Source: Rhodosorus marinus CCMP1338
Taxonomy: Eukaryota; Plantae; Rhodophyta
Assembly: GCA_029953675.1 (NCBI GenBank)
Contig: JAMWBK010000005.1
Span: forward strand, 186,001-250,000
Length of the DNA stretch: 64,000 nt
Direction of reading: 5' to 3'
Shown here: positions 9,613-21,800 of the stretch, piece by piece
Layout: each line of letters starts with the position of its first letter
How positions within the stretch are numbered: the first letter of the stretch is position 1
Program-made: the position numbers and the translations under genes
The notes under the pieces: generated by a model
Told to the model about the DNA's origin: nothing
What the model saw: the letters and a program-made list of their open reading frames with translations, nothing else
The model's database searches: none

Positions 9613-12600
9613 ATGGCGGATGGAGAAACTGAGCATGAACTTGCACGCGGTGTAGCGCTGGGTGGAGGTTCTGGAGATGGTGGAAAGGACGACAAGTCTA
9701 TCCGCAGTGAGAGTATGGAAATAGAGTTGGATGGTCCCGGCACTGAAAGGAATTTTGATTATATACCGCAAATTGACTACCAAAAATTTACAGAGCGAAA
9801 TACTGAATCCAGGGAAGCTTCAGAGGAGTATCAGCAGGTAGACTTGAAACTGCAGGATGTTAGCACTTCTGTCCAGTGGGTAGAGTCAGGAGAGAGTTCT
9901 TTTGTCCAAGCCCACTCCGTCTCCATGGAGGTTAAGAGGACGCCGTCCCAGGGCCAGGTTGAAACTGACTTTAAGGGCTTAAACTCTCCAGTTGATGGAC
10001 AAGTACCTGATGAGACGCTTCGACGGGGGGACCTGGAGCGAGCTTCGCACGAGATAAACACTGCAGCTTTGGATCGCAAAGAAGAGACGCGCTCAGAGAC
10101 AGAAGGAACTGGTGCTGGGGGGCTTGGTACAGCAGTGAATACCCCAATCGAGTTTGGAAGCATGCACGTAGAACAGGGTGACAGTGGCGCGGATCACGGC
10201 CTTGAGATTCAACCGAGCCTCGACCGAGAAAACGGTGGTGTGGACATGGAGCCAGAGCTTGACCACGGCGATCAAGACATGAGGACTGTGGACTTGGGAT
10301 CCTCAGGGCTCGGACCAAATCGAGAGTCCGCTAATCTACATCCGAATAGTAATGTGAAAGATTCGTCAAACTTGGACACTTCGGGAAGCCCAGTCGATAT
10401 GGAGTCAAGACAGGAAGCTCAAGAGGCTCAACCTGAAAGCCCGATCGTAATGCGGCCGGTTAGCCTGGATCCTCCGAAAGGCCTAGAGTCCAACCCTGAA
10501 TCTGAACCGGCTCCTGATGGGAAGTCCGTTCCTATATCGGACCTAACTGAGTTTCGGGAATTAGCTCAACTGGTTGAGCCTTTCACATCGCGCATCCTCA
10601 GGCAGGCTGCAGGGAAAAAGTATACAGAAATCAGGCATCTGGCAAGGGATGTACAAGCCATGCTCACTGATGCGGATATAGAGCAGGCGCAAGCAATTCA
10701 GACATTGCGAAAGTTTTTACTCCTTTGCTGTTCCGGAGGTAAAACTGTTAGTGAGACAGCAATAGACTGCATGCACAAGTTAATCGAAGAGCAATACCTA
10801 GGAGGTGGAAACAGATCAAAAGCTCTCGCACTCGACGAAGGAAACCCAGAACTGTTCGAAAGTTTTATCAGCGGCGCTTGTAAGGGTTCCAAGATTCGAG
10901 ACGAGGGTCTCACGTTGCGAATTGTCAGAACCCTTTTAGCTGCAGTTCAGACAGAGGCCGGTGTGCACTACAAATCGCTCCTTCAGGTTGTGCAGACGAT
11001 ATACAATGTTTACCTGAATTCGTCGTCCACCAACGTCAAGCAGTCTTCCCGCCAAGCTTTGGAAAGGATTTCGGCAAAAGTTTTCGAAGCTCTTGAAGAG
11101 AACCATCATGATGCAGCTGCTGAGAAAATGAGCGAGGTTGCGGAAAATGGGGAGCCCGACAAAGAAAGAATTGGCGTAGATGAAACGCTGTCTTTCAAGG
11201 ATGCCTATCAACTTTTCAAGGGACTTTGCAACCTATCGTCGAAACAGTTGCCATCAAGCTCAAGCACAGAGTCCATGGCTGTGAAGTGGAAACTTTTGGC
11301 TTTGGACCTGCTCAAGAATGTGCTTGAAAATTCAGGCCAGAAATTCGGAACCCATCCCAAGTTCATCCATGCGATGAGGAGCTACTTGGCTCCGTCGATC
11401 CTCTCCAACGCGCTGTCGGGTTCATTATCTGTTGTAACTTCGGCGATGGAAATACTTGAAATGGTGGTTGTTCGAAAATCTTTTAGGGCAATTCTGAAGA
11501 GAGAGATAGCGGATATTTTCCAGTCGGTTATTTTCCGGTTCCTGGAGTCTCCTACTGCGGGTTATGGCAGACGCAGGGTCGTTTTAGAAGTGCTCTCAAC
11601 GATTTGCTCGGATCCTCAAACCTTGACAGATATGTTCTTGAACTACGATTGTGATATGAACTCGATTCACGTATTTGAGCAGATGATTACGTCCTTGTGT
11701 TCAGCCGCGCAAGACGGAGTGAGCGGTCCAATCGCAACCCCGGACGAGGGCATCTCAGGAGGGGAAGCAGGGCAGCTACGCACTGAAGCATTGAAAGCGT
11801 TGGTTCTATCACTCAAGTCCTTACGAGCATGGTGCTCCTCGCTTGAGGTATCTGACGACGATGAGATTGATCCTGTTGAGCCACAGCAAGAGCTGAGCGG
11901 TGTCGGGTCAGCGGTGGAGAGATCGGCTAGCATGGCAACACCGGAGCTGGATGAGACTGCGCGGTTCCAGGAAACACTGCGGCGGAAGAAAATTCTCGAG
12001 GAAGGAGTGCAACGGTTCAATGCTAAGCCAAAAGCTGGGATCGAGTACTTGGCTTCACACGGATACTTGAATGCCACTGCAGAGGAGATAGCGGGTCTAC
12101 TGAAGAACGTTAGAGATTTAGACGCAACGGTTGTCGGCGAGTATCTCGGAGAAGCCGACAAGATGAACCTTGAGGTACTGTATTCTCTGAACAGAACTTG
12201 TAGGGCGAGCCCATGTTCATAGCGCATGCTCGCGTGGGACTAGAACGGGCACTGAATAGACCTCGATCTTGCCGCCTCTTTAACAGGTTATGAAAACTTA
12301 TACGAAGTCTTTTGATTTTGGGGGCATGCCTTTTGAGGATGCCTTGAGGGAATTTCTATCCGGTACGGAAAAAAAAAACGACATGCAAGAGCGAAGCTTT
12401 TGCGACCTGCAAGGGGTGAATGAGTTTGGAGGCGAGTACTAAGAATTCTGCCGTCACTACTATAGGATTCCGTCTTCCAGGTGAAGCTCAGAAGATCGAT
12501 AGGATCATGGAAGCGTTTGCTGGTCAGTTCCACGAAGGCAACCCTACCATCTTCGCTTCAACAGACACCCCGTTTGTCCTAGCATACTCGACGATCATGT

Positions 12601-15600
12601 TGAACACGGACGCGCACAATCCTCAGGTGAAGAAAAAAATGAGTAAAGCGGTAAGTCTGCGAGCAGCGCTTGGTTCCAGCTGATAATGAGATACTGATAT
12701 TGAAGCTCCACCCGATCATGCTAACTTCCTTCTTCGCCTTCAAGGAATTTCTTCGGAACAATAGGGGAATCGACGACGGGAACGACCTGGACGCGGAAAT
12801 ACTAGAAACAATATATGATCGCATTGTCCAGGATGAGATCAAGCTCAGCGGGGATAAGAAGGACAGGGCATCCGAATCGGCGACAGGGAACGCACTGGGT
12901 GTTGACCGGCTGTCACGGTATAATTGGCAGAACATGGATCCCCGCCAAAGAAATGAAATTTTTAAGAAGGAGAGCGAGAGAGTCCTCGCACAAGCAAAGG
13001 CACAGTTTCAAAAGCGAAAAGCGGAGGATATAGACGAGATTCCATTCTATCAGACGGCCTCCAGTGTACATATTGTTCGGTTGATGTTAGAAAACATATG
13101 GTGCCCGGTATGTGAGCAACGAAGCCAACAGGACCTGAGGATATAATCCTAAGCAAAGCACCAACACGTTTCGTTTCGTAGATTCTTGCTGCTATGTCCA
13201 TTCTACTTGAGAGAGCTGGGCCAAGCGATGTTCAAACTGTTGACCTCTGCCTTGACGGTTTCCGAAATGCCATTGCAGTCGTGGGGGTGTTTGGGATGGA
13301 CATGGAGAAGGACGCTTTTGTTTCGTCGTTGTCTAAGTTCACCCTTCTGAACTCAATCACTGACATGAAGAAAAAGAATATAGAATGCATCAGAGTGCTG
13401 CTCGCGATTGCGGCATCCGAAGGCAGCAATCTTGGTAGTCAGTGGACCTGGGTATGTGTACTATTCCCACGAATAGATTCGTGCTGGTGCATTCGCTCCT
13501 ACAACTCGGTATTAGCAGGAACTGAAAAGGAAGGTGCTTCTACTGGGGCAGATGATTCGCGCGATTGTTCAGCTGGAGCAGATGCGAGCGGTAGCTGCCA
13601 ACATACCGAACAAGCACAGGATTCGGAACAAGTCGCCCGCCAGCAAAGAAGAGTCGATCGGCAACCAGAAGGTTACTCGAGATGGTGATATGAGCACTGG
13701 TCCGCCGGTGGATGCCAACACTGTACTGGTAGCTAATTCCATTAAGGACAGCGAGGTGGAGCATATTTTTAGCAACTCTCCATCCCTCAGTTTCGCCGGA
13801 TTCTACGATTTGTGTGCCGCTCTCTGCAAAGTCTCTGCCGAGGAGCTCGCGGAGAGCGTACCTGTTACGTACTGTTTGCAGAAGCTTGTGGAGATTGTCC
13901 TTTACAATATTGAGGAAAGGCAGAAGAAGCAGTGGCACAGGGTTTGGGAATTGTTCAGCCCTTTCTTTGGTAGCGCCTTAAGTGAGTTTACCCTGAATTG
14001 CTTCGAGTTCCCCGTTCCCAGACATCGAGAGCACTCATTAGAAGTATCGCGTTTATTCCTTGTAGGTCACAAAGATAAGGACGTATCGCTGTTCGCGCTA
14101 GATCGTCTTAAACAGCTTGTCTGGAAGTTCTTGGAAGCGGACGAAAGACATGCATACGAGTTCCAGTTCTTGCTTCTCAAGCCGTTTGAGTCGTGCTTTT
14201 CGAGGACAACGGCTCACCCAATACAAGAAACCGTCTTGACATGCTTGTCGCAGGTTGCTCTGGCTCGAGCGGCGAATGTAAAAAGTGGATGGAAGTACGT
14301 GCTTCTCAAACCCGAACTTCTCAAACGCGAACCTCTCCGACTTTTTCGTATTACAACATTCACCGTCATGTCTTCCTGTCTTCATGTCTTCCCCTCCTAG
14401 GCCGTTTTACAGCGTCGTGGGCATGGCAGCAGATAGCAAGTCCGAGGAAGTCATGAAGTACGCGTACCAGATCTGTGACGCCATAGTAAGAAAGCATCTT
14501 GGAGTGATCGAGGAAATGTTTGTCCCAGCGATTTCCGGAGTTGGTGAGTGCTTCCGAGATTCTCGGGCACGTCTCTCAGCAGAAGTTAGGACAGGTCTCT
14601 GAAAGTAGCCCTGTTGCGATTCTCGGCTAGGTGCATTTACGAGGACTCCGCTGTCATCTGCAGTAGCTGTCGCTGCATTGGATCATTTGTCAATAAGATT
14701 TGTGTCTTTGCTTTCCGAAGGAAAGGCCTTACCAGCAGCTCGCCCTTTGCAGATTGAAGGGAAGGGTGAATTGATTTTTACGGAAACCGTTGATGCACAT
14801 ATTCAGACGTGGTTTCCACTCCTGATTGGGGTCAGCTCGGGAATAACGTCTTCCTTGGCTAGTGTTCGAGTTACTGCCACGAGCGCCCTCTTCCGTGTAC
14901 TCTCAGAGAATGGTGATAAGTTCTCCTCCGGATTATGGACGCTAATTTACCGAGGAGTACTGGCTCCGATATTTGACGATGTTAAGCATCATCTAGGTAT
15001 GGTCGACAGAGCTCCCCATGTGATGCTACCCACCTCTAATGAATTCTGACAGCAGGGCCTACTTTCCTTGCTCCGTGGGCGCTGTCAATGTGGTAGAGAC
15101 GAACGCTGGTGGTGGTTCCTCAGGGTGGGCGATGTCCACTGGCTCCTCTGCATTGAGGCAACTTATTTCAGTTGTTCTGTTGAATGAGAACACAAGAGGT
15201 TTGCTACCGGACGTTATTGGGCTCATCTCTGGCTGGATTACACAGGTATGCTGAATCATGGAAACGCGCTCAACTTCTCAGTTACTAGAAACTTTGACGA
15301 ATTCTGAATTCCGCATGAATTCCTGTCATGGAATGGATTGCTGGTTCGTATGTTAAGTCAACGGAGGCCGTAGCTCGGGAAGGTGTTATTGTTTTCACTT
15401 TCTTGCTGACTGATGGAGGACACAGGTTTTCTGAGGATGACTGGCAGCAGGTCACATCCGTATACCGTACTCTGTTCAAGGAAACAATGCCGGTCGAAAT
15501 CATGGGTCCGCAGGACGGCATTGAGAGCGTCGCAGATACATCACACGTCGAAGCGGATGAATCGGACCGACCTGCTCCCGTTGACTTCAGGATGGTCCGT

Positions 15601-16509
15601 TCAAAGTGTGTTGTGCAGTTGCTCCTAGCTCAGTCGGTCCTCGACACGGTCGTCATGAATTACGGTCGGCTATCGGCTGCACAGGTGCTTTGCTTGGCGA
15701 ACCTCCTGGAAGAGAGTTATGCATTTGCTCGTGATTTTAACGCGAATTCGGAGCTCAGATTTGCTCTTTGGCGTGCCGGTTTCATGACCCAAGTTCCAAA
15801 CTTGTTGAAGCAAGAGACAACCTGCTTGCAGGCCTATGTTCAGATTCTATTCTGGCTTGCTGCGGATGAGGGCTCGGTCGAGGGAGCAGCTCCTAAGGAA
15901 CTGCTGCTGGACACCTGTAAGATGTTCCTGGCAAAGTACGCCGAGGTTTGCAGCTCACCGCGCGGAAAGAATGGCAGAGATGATGCGAGAGAACTCGGCG
16001 CGCGAACTGCGATTGCAATTTTCATGATTGAGGGCTTCGTGCATGTTTCAGAGGAAATCTTTGAAAGCGTTCTGCAGACCTTTTGGGGAACTTTCGTGAC
16101 GCTTCTCCGGGTTAGCGAGTCCAGGAACCTAAGAGATGCCGTTTGTGATATTTTGGACAAACGAGTATCTTCTACACTTGTTATGAACTCGGAGGGGTCG
16201 TTCTCACCAGATCCCAAAAGGCCTGGTGACCGGCGAGTGCTAAATTTCACAGTGAAGGATCCGAACAAGACTGAGCATATGCAAAAGGCCGTTGAAGAGA
16301 TGGATGGTGTCATATCGGCAGAATTCGGTGAGGACCGAAAGAACTTGCGTGTTCTCGGCAGTGTCCCTGTCGCTGATGTTATTAGAAAGCTGGACGGTTT
16401 TTCGTCGGGTTCTGTCTTTACCTCAGGGGGAGCCGCACCATTCGTACAGCTGCAATCCCGACCTGTCATCACTGAGGAGCCAGACTCAGGTCCAGCATCT
16501 TCCACTTGA
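9613..16509 (+). CDS. BIG/Sec7-family ARF guanine nucleotide exchange factor (DCB, HUS, Sec7, HDS domains), multi-exon
   Basis: HUS box FLNYDCD. Sec7 domain [13 protein letters not shown]...VGEYLGE...[18 protein letters not shown]...[20 protein letters not shown], with the Glu finger intact. HDS motifs [11 protein letters not shown] and [21 protein letters not shown]. Several GT-AG introns; not every boundary was resolved. Confidence 0.93.
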
Positions 16510-18806
16510 GGGCGAAACAGGATGAGACACTGCATCGGAGCACTCTGAACCTGAGTCAGTGAATTGGGTGTCGCGGGCATTCTGACTTCGGCATTGCTGA
16601 TCCTTCTTAATCACTCACGGATTTTACCCTCGATGGGTTGGTTGAGAAATCACCTTCATGGGAGCACTGAACAAGAAGAATTTACACTGGGCAGATATGA
16701 GGGAGTATGTAATGTGCATTAAAACCACTACTCACAGATTGAGAGTCAATAAACATATTTTTTTACCGAGCAATCCTGCATGTTCTGCGGTCAGCACCAT
16801 TCCCGGGCACGCCTCCGCCGCAAATCCACGATAGGAGAGTGCGGGAACACTGCTAAGTCTCTTTCCTTGTAACGCCGTCGATCGGGTAAAACGTAGTCCC
16901 GAGAATGCTCCATACTGGATGAATGCCCTAAGAACGTTCAATACGCAGAGAGATCAGGCTTCTATTATGCGAGGCGAAGACCTGTTGACGCCGTGGTAAA
17001 CCTGAAGCCAGTTGGTCTTGGGTACGTCAATCGTCCATGGCCGTAATCTCTCCCCGAGCGCCCAGCCCATTTGTTGGCTGAGCTGTTCACCGCGTTATGA
17101 TATGTTCTGTGGCTTACGTATTCTGCGCTGGAGTTCAGCTCGCGTTCACCCCTTGGCAGACACATTTGTCCACCCAGCGCAGGATATTTTACATGCCTTA
17201 GCAGCCGATATCCATGTCATTGAAACATGTACAATTGTAATTTATCGTGATACTACATTCTGAATTTCTTCCGTACCCTAGCCCATCGACACTCTCCCAA
17301 CCAACAAAAACCGACAATTGCACTTCTGAAGTTGATATTGGGTTCTGCTTTGATTGGTGTAATTCCACTGGCGCTCACAAGAATATCCCCCCTTCCTCCC
17401 TGCTTGTGTGTGGATTTTGACTGTGCTTAACCCCCCCCCCCTCTCCTCTCAAGCCTTTTAATGGCTCTTCTGGTAAGGCCATCAACCCCCTCGAAAATCA
17501 AGCACTTTTTATACAGTTCTCCATTCCACTCAATAGGTTTCCTATCAAACGCTTGATGGACCCCCATTGCCCTTGGCTAATTCGAAAACGGAAATCGCCG
17601 CCAAGATGGTTTTACCCTTCCCCCCTGCTTTTTCGAATGAGAGAAAAGTTTAAAAACTCATGAACAGTTCAGGATAATCCTCCGAATTTCAGGGACCACC
17701 AAATTGAAAAGGATGCAGCAGTTTCCGTTCGGAATCGCGGGAAGCTATTCACCGAATACACTATCACACGAACGGAGCACAACCCCCTCAGATGGGGACC
17801 AACAAGTGCATTGAGCTCATTTTTGCTATATTTCTCGAGCGCCGAGCTGCTTCCTTCATCCTACTAACATCCACCAGACCAAAGCCAGCCCCTTGATGTT
17901 GTCCGATTCGGACATTGATTATGCAGGACAAACGACCTATTTTATAAAAACAAAAAAGCGCATACGTATAAAATGGATTTATTTCTAGATCTGGAATTCT
18001 CGTCATCAATTTGGGCGTTGTGCGGAAACTGATTTGTGAGGTTGGCTGCGTCCAGAATCCGACATCGAAGCCAGGTCCCAAGAATGCTGGTCGAACTCGC
18101 CACAAGCGCCAGGAAGCTTTGGACATATCTTCAAGCAAGTCGCAGCCACCGAAGCTTTGAATCAGCGCCCAAGCTGTTCTTCATCCCACAGCCGTGCCAA
18201 TCCGGTTGAGCGAAGGGATGAGTCAATATTTGCGTAGGGGAAGAAGGACTTCGCGCCTTTCGTAGGGCCACAAAATAATGTATTTATGTGCTGCTGTTGG
18301 TTTCATGGTGATAAGACAAAGGAGAATCGATTTTTGATTATTTTATCGTAGATACTTTTGTGCGCTGCGTCTTGGAAGTTGGGAGGGAGTTGTAGTTTTA
18401 CTCGCAAGGGCGTAGCGAAGAAGCTTCCTCGGAGTAATTCTTATGCGAGTTTTTAATCTTGTTTAGGGTGTAATGGGAGGTTCTCGACCCTCACGTTGGG
18501 CTCGTGATGACTCTCATTCGTGAAAGCTAGTGTGTAGTATGAGTGGCTCCTGAATGCAAACGGGTTGGCGGCAAGGGCGAGAGAATCCCTGGCCATGTTC
18601 GCTGTGGACGACGCCAGAGCAGCAATGGATCCACGCGCTGTTCCTCCGGGTAAGCCAGATTCTGAATGACTCTTCAACCGCAAGGAATTTGAATCCGCGA
18701 ACTTAAGCATGGCATTTGTCTCCTAGACAAACTCAAGAATGGAGACGAGGAATCTGCCGGTGGCAAACCGACACGGCTGCCACTAGGAACCGTCTCTATA
18801 GGTCAA

Positions 18807-21800
18807 ATGGATGGGGTTGAACATAGCTCGGATACCTTCACCCATGAACGCCATGGTCACGAAGATCCGAACAGCATCGAAAATGACTTGTCACCGCCGA
18901 ACAGTTGCGGCGTATTAGAGTCCAGTCCTGACCTGGCTCGAGTCCTGGGAGAAATTCTGCATGAATGCAGCCTGGTTACGGACAGAACAAAAGTCGCAAG
19001 GTTGAACAGGCTTGACCGCATAAAAGCTATTGACTCACGGATACATGCGAGAGAGGCAGCCTCGAACGCTTACAAATTTAGTACTGGACAGTCAAGCACG
19101 GGCAATGAAGCACTCAAAGTTCTTCATCACCCGAGCCCGGCAGTCCCAGGAATTCAACTCTTCCCAACTAAGAGAGTAGAAGCGGCAGCAACTAGACTAA
19201 TTGAGGAATCCTCAAAGGTAAGAGTTCATTCATTGATGTTGTCCTGTTTTCTAAGCGAGTTGATCTGATATCATGTGAATTCTAACTCGGCGTCAAGGTC
19301 GTACAAGAGGACCAAACGTTGAAGAGAGCCACTGAAGTCACCAAGCGAAACGCGATTATTGCGAGAGAGAGACTTCCCAAACAACCCGAAGCACCGCGGT
19401 TGAAGAGTCACTGGGATTTCTTGCTAGATGAAATGCTCTGGACGTCAACCGATTTCAAGGCTGAGCGTCAGTGGAAACTGGACTTGGCAGCCAAGGTTTC
19501 CAAGATTATTTCCGTATACTGGGAATCGAGGGTTGCGAAGAGACATTGTTGTGACAGCGAAGACTCCACAGCCTGTCAATTGGTGGCACGGCAAATGGGG
19601 GCGATGGTCGAAGACTTCTGGGACGAGGCGTCTTACCTTTGGAGCCCGAGACAAAAGGGAGAGGAAGATGAGTCCTCGGAGAGCACTTCCGACCGAAGCT
19701 GTGCTCTTGTGAAAAGAGAGACCGTGACCACTAGTAAATCAGGAGGACCTGGGGTAATTGTAGCTCCGGAAATGGAGGGAAGCGTCAACGCACCTGGCCA
19801 GGTTGAGAACGAAAACGTTAGGGATCTTGTCGATGTGCTAAAGGAAGAAGCGGCTATGGATATTCGAGACGTGCTGAAGAGACGAGCGGTTGATCTGGAT
19901 GATTATTGGGACGAAACGGGAGCTACGGTTACTGGATCGGGGGCTGAGGTCTCTGACGAACAAGTGCAAGGGAACACGAGCAAACCCTCGACGAGCGGTG
20001 TGGACCAGCGCGAGGGACAACCAACTACCGACTTGAGCCATATGGCGAAAATCTCCCCGGCAGCATCAGTGCACAATACCTCGAAGGCGGCGGAGTTAAA
20101 TCATGGTCCAGGAATGAATCATGTTGATGTAGACATTAAGGATGTTCCTCGAATTTTTGCTGAACACCGGCGACGTTCAGGACCAAGTCTCAGCGCGTGC
20201 CAGACGTTCCCAACCTCAGAATTGTTCCTTGCGAAGCCCGCAGATTCGGAGGACAGGACTCTAGCTAACCACACTAACAAGAGCCTTCTGAGAGGGACTG
20301 TTGACGACTCTGCGGACAATTTACTCGTTCGCTCTTTAATGGACTTGCATTCGAGACGACTGGGTTGTATTTTGAGTAGCAATTCGGCCGAGACAAGGCG
20401 CGATGCAGTAGGGCGATTGCTGCTGACGTAAGTTTATGTGCGCCTACTCTCCGTGCCGGAATGATAGGCGCTGAGTCGCGGTTGTATCTTCTACTACTTC
20501 GTTTTTAGGTTGGCTGAAAGCCGAGGGCGATGGGGTCCGCATCTCATAGTAGTGCCTTCGGCAACCATAGGCTTGTGGGAGCGCGACTTACTTTCCGTAG
20601 GATCTGCGTTGGTAGCAATTATTTACAAAGGCGACGAACCTATTAGGAGTCGATTGCGGGTTTGTTGCAGTAGTCCACTCTCTTTTAACGTGATGGTTGC
20701 TCCGTACCAATACTTTGTCTCCGACATGAAGTGGTTTGTGAAGCGAGCTTGGGATCTGGTTGTGCTGGATGAGTCTCAACGGCTGAGAAATTACGCAAAG
20801 CTGGTGCCGCTACGGAGGTGGTCTACGATCCTCCTGCGGAACCCGGATCCTCTCGCGACAAACGTCCCGGAGCTGTGGGCTGTTGTGAGGGTTCTTCTGC
20901 CTGAGCTTCTTCAAGACTCGAGCATGCGAGCTGCTTTCAAATCTGCCAGTCAGGACAGAGGAGAATTCGTCAAGCAACTCCAGGATGGTATTGCTCAGTT
21001 CCGGGTAGGGACAGACCTCTCCCCGGAGACAATCGACTTCTCGGAAGAGAGTGTAGAATGCGATATGTCATTGAGGGAACGAAAGGTGTATCAATCTGTT
21101 GTACCAACTGGAGAGAAGCTCTCGGATTTAAGTCAAATCCAGATTTTGAAGACACTGAAGGGATTGAGGCGAGCTTGCAGTCACCCCTTCCTGATTGGTG
21201 GGGTTGGAGATAGCTGTACAATATTTCAGGATCCACTGGGAATTGCGCTCCCTGTATCGCTGTTGGAAATTGTGCGGAGGCCACAGAAGAGATTGCTTCG
21301 GATGGACAGTCCGAAGAGTCTTTTGCTAACGCGAGATCTTGTTGCACATACTCGTGAATCCGGCTTTTTGGATAGAGTGGAGAACCTTGAAGAGGCTGAT
21401 GATTTGCAGATAAGGAAGCGTCGTGAATCGGACGCCCAGAATGGGAAAGAGGGAGGACTCGATACCGTACATGCCAAGGACTCGCTTGGAAAAGACACTG
21501 CGACGAATAGCAGAGAAAGACGGGTAAGTTACTGTCGGTACTGAATACTTGTTTCGAAGCGAGAGCTTTGTCCGGCTAAACGGTGCGGTTGTCCATTCTG
21601 AGCAGACGAAGGGGCGACTTTGCGATGTGGAGAGTTTGGAAACGAGCATCGCGGAGCGGTTAGGTTTCTGCTTTCCCGGTCATAATATTCTACATTTTTT
21701 TGTAGAACCAGTCGCAGCCGGAACGCCAACTCTTTACACAATGGACGGAAGAGACGAAACGGCGGGTTTGGAGGCAGCCTTGATTGGAAAGAGTGCTGAG

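Noticed and set aside
16732-16941. ORF resembling a mitochondrial presequence
   Set aside because: It starts at TTG rather than ATG, and the plausible splice routes I tried hit stops within a few codons.
17788-18710. Minus-strand ORFs divergent from the p400-like gene
   Set aside because: No motif and no consistent exon chain; cannot be supported as a gene.
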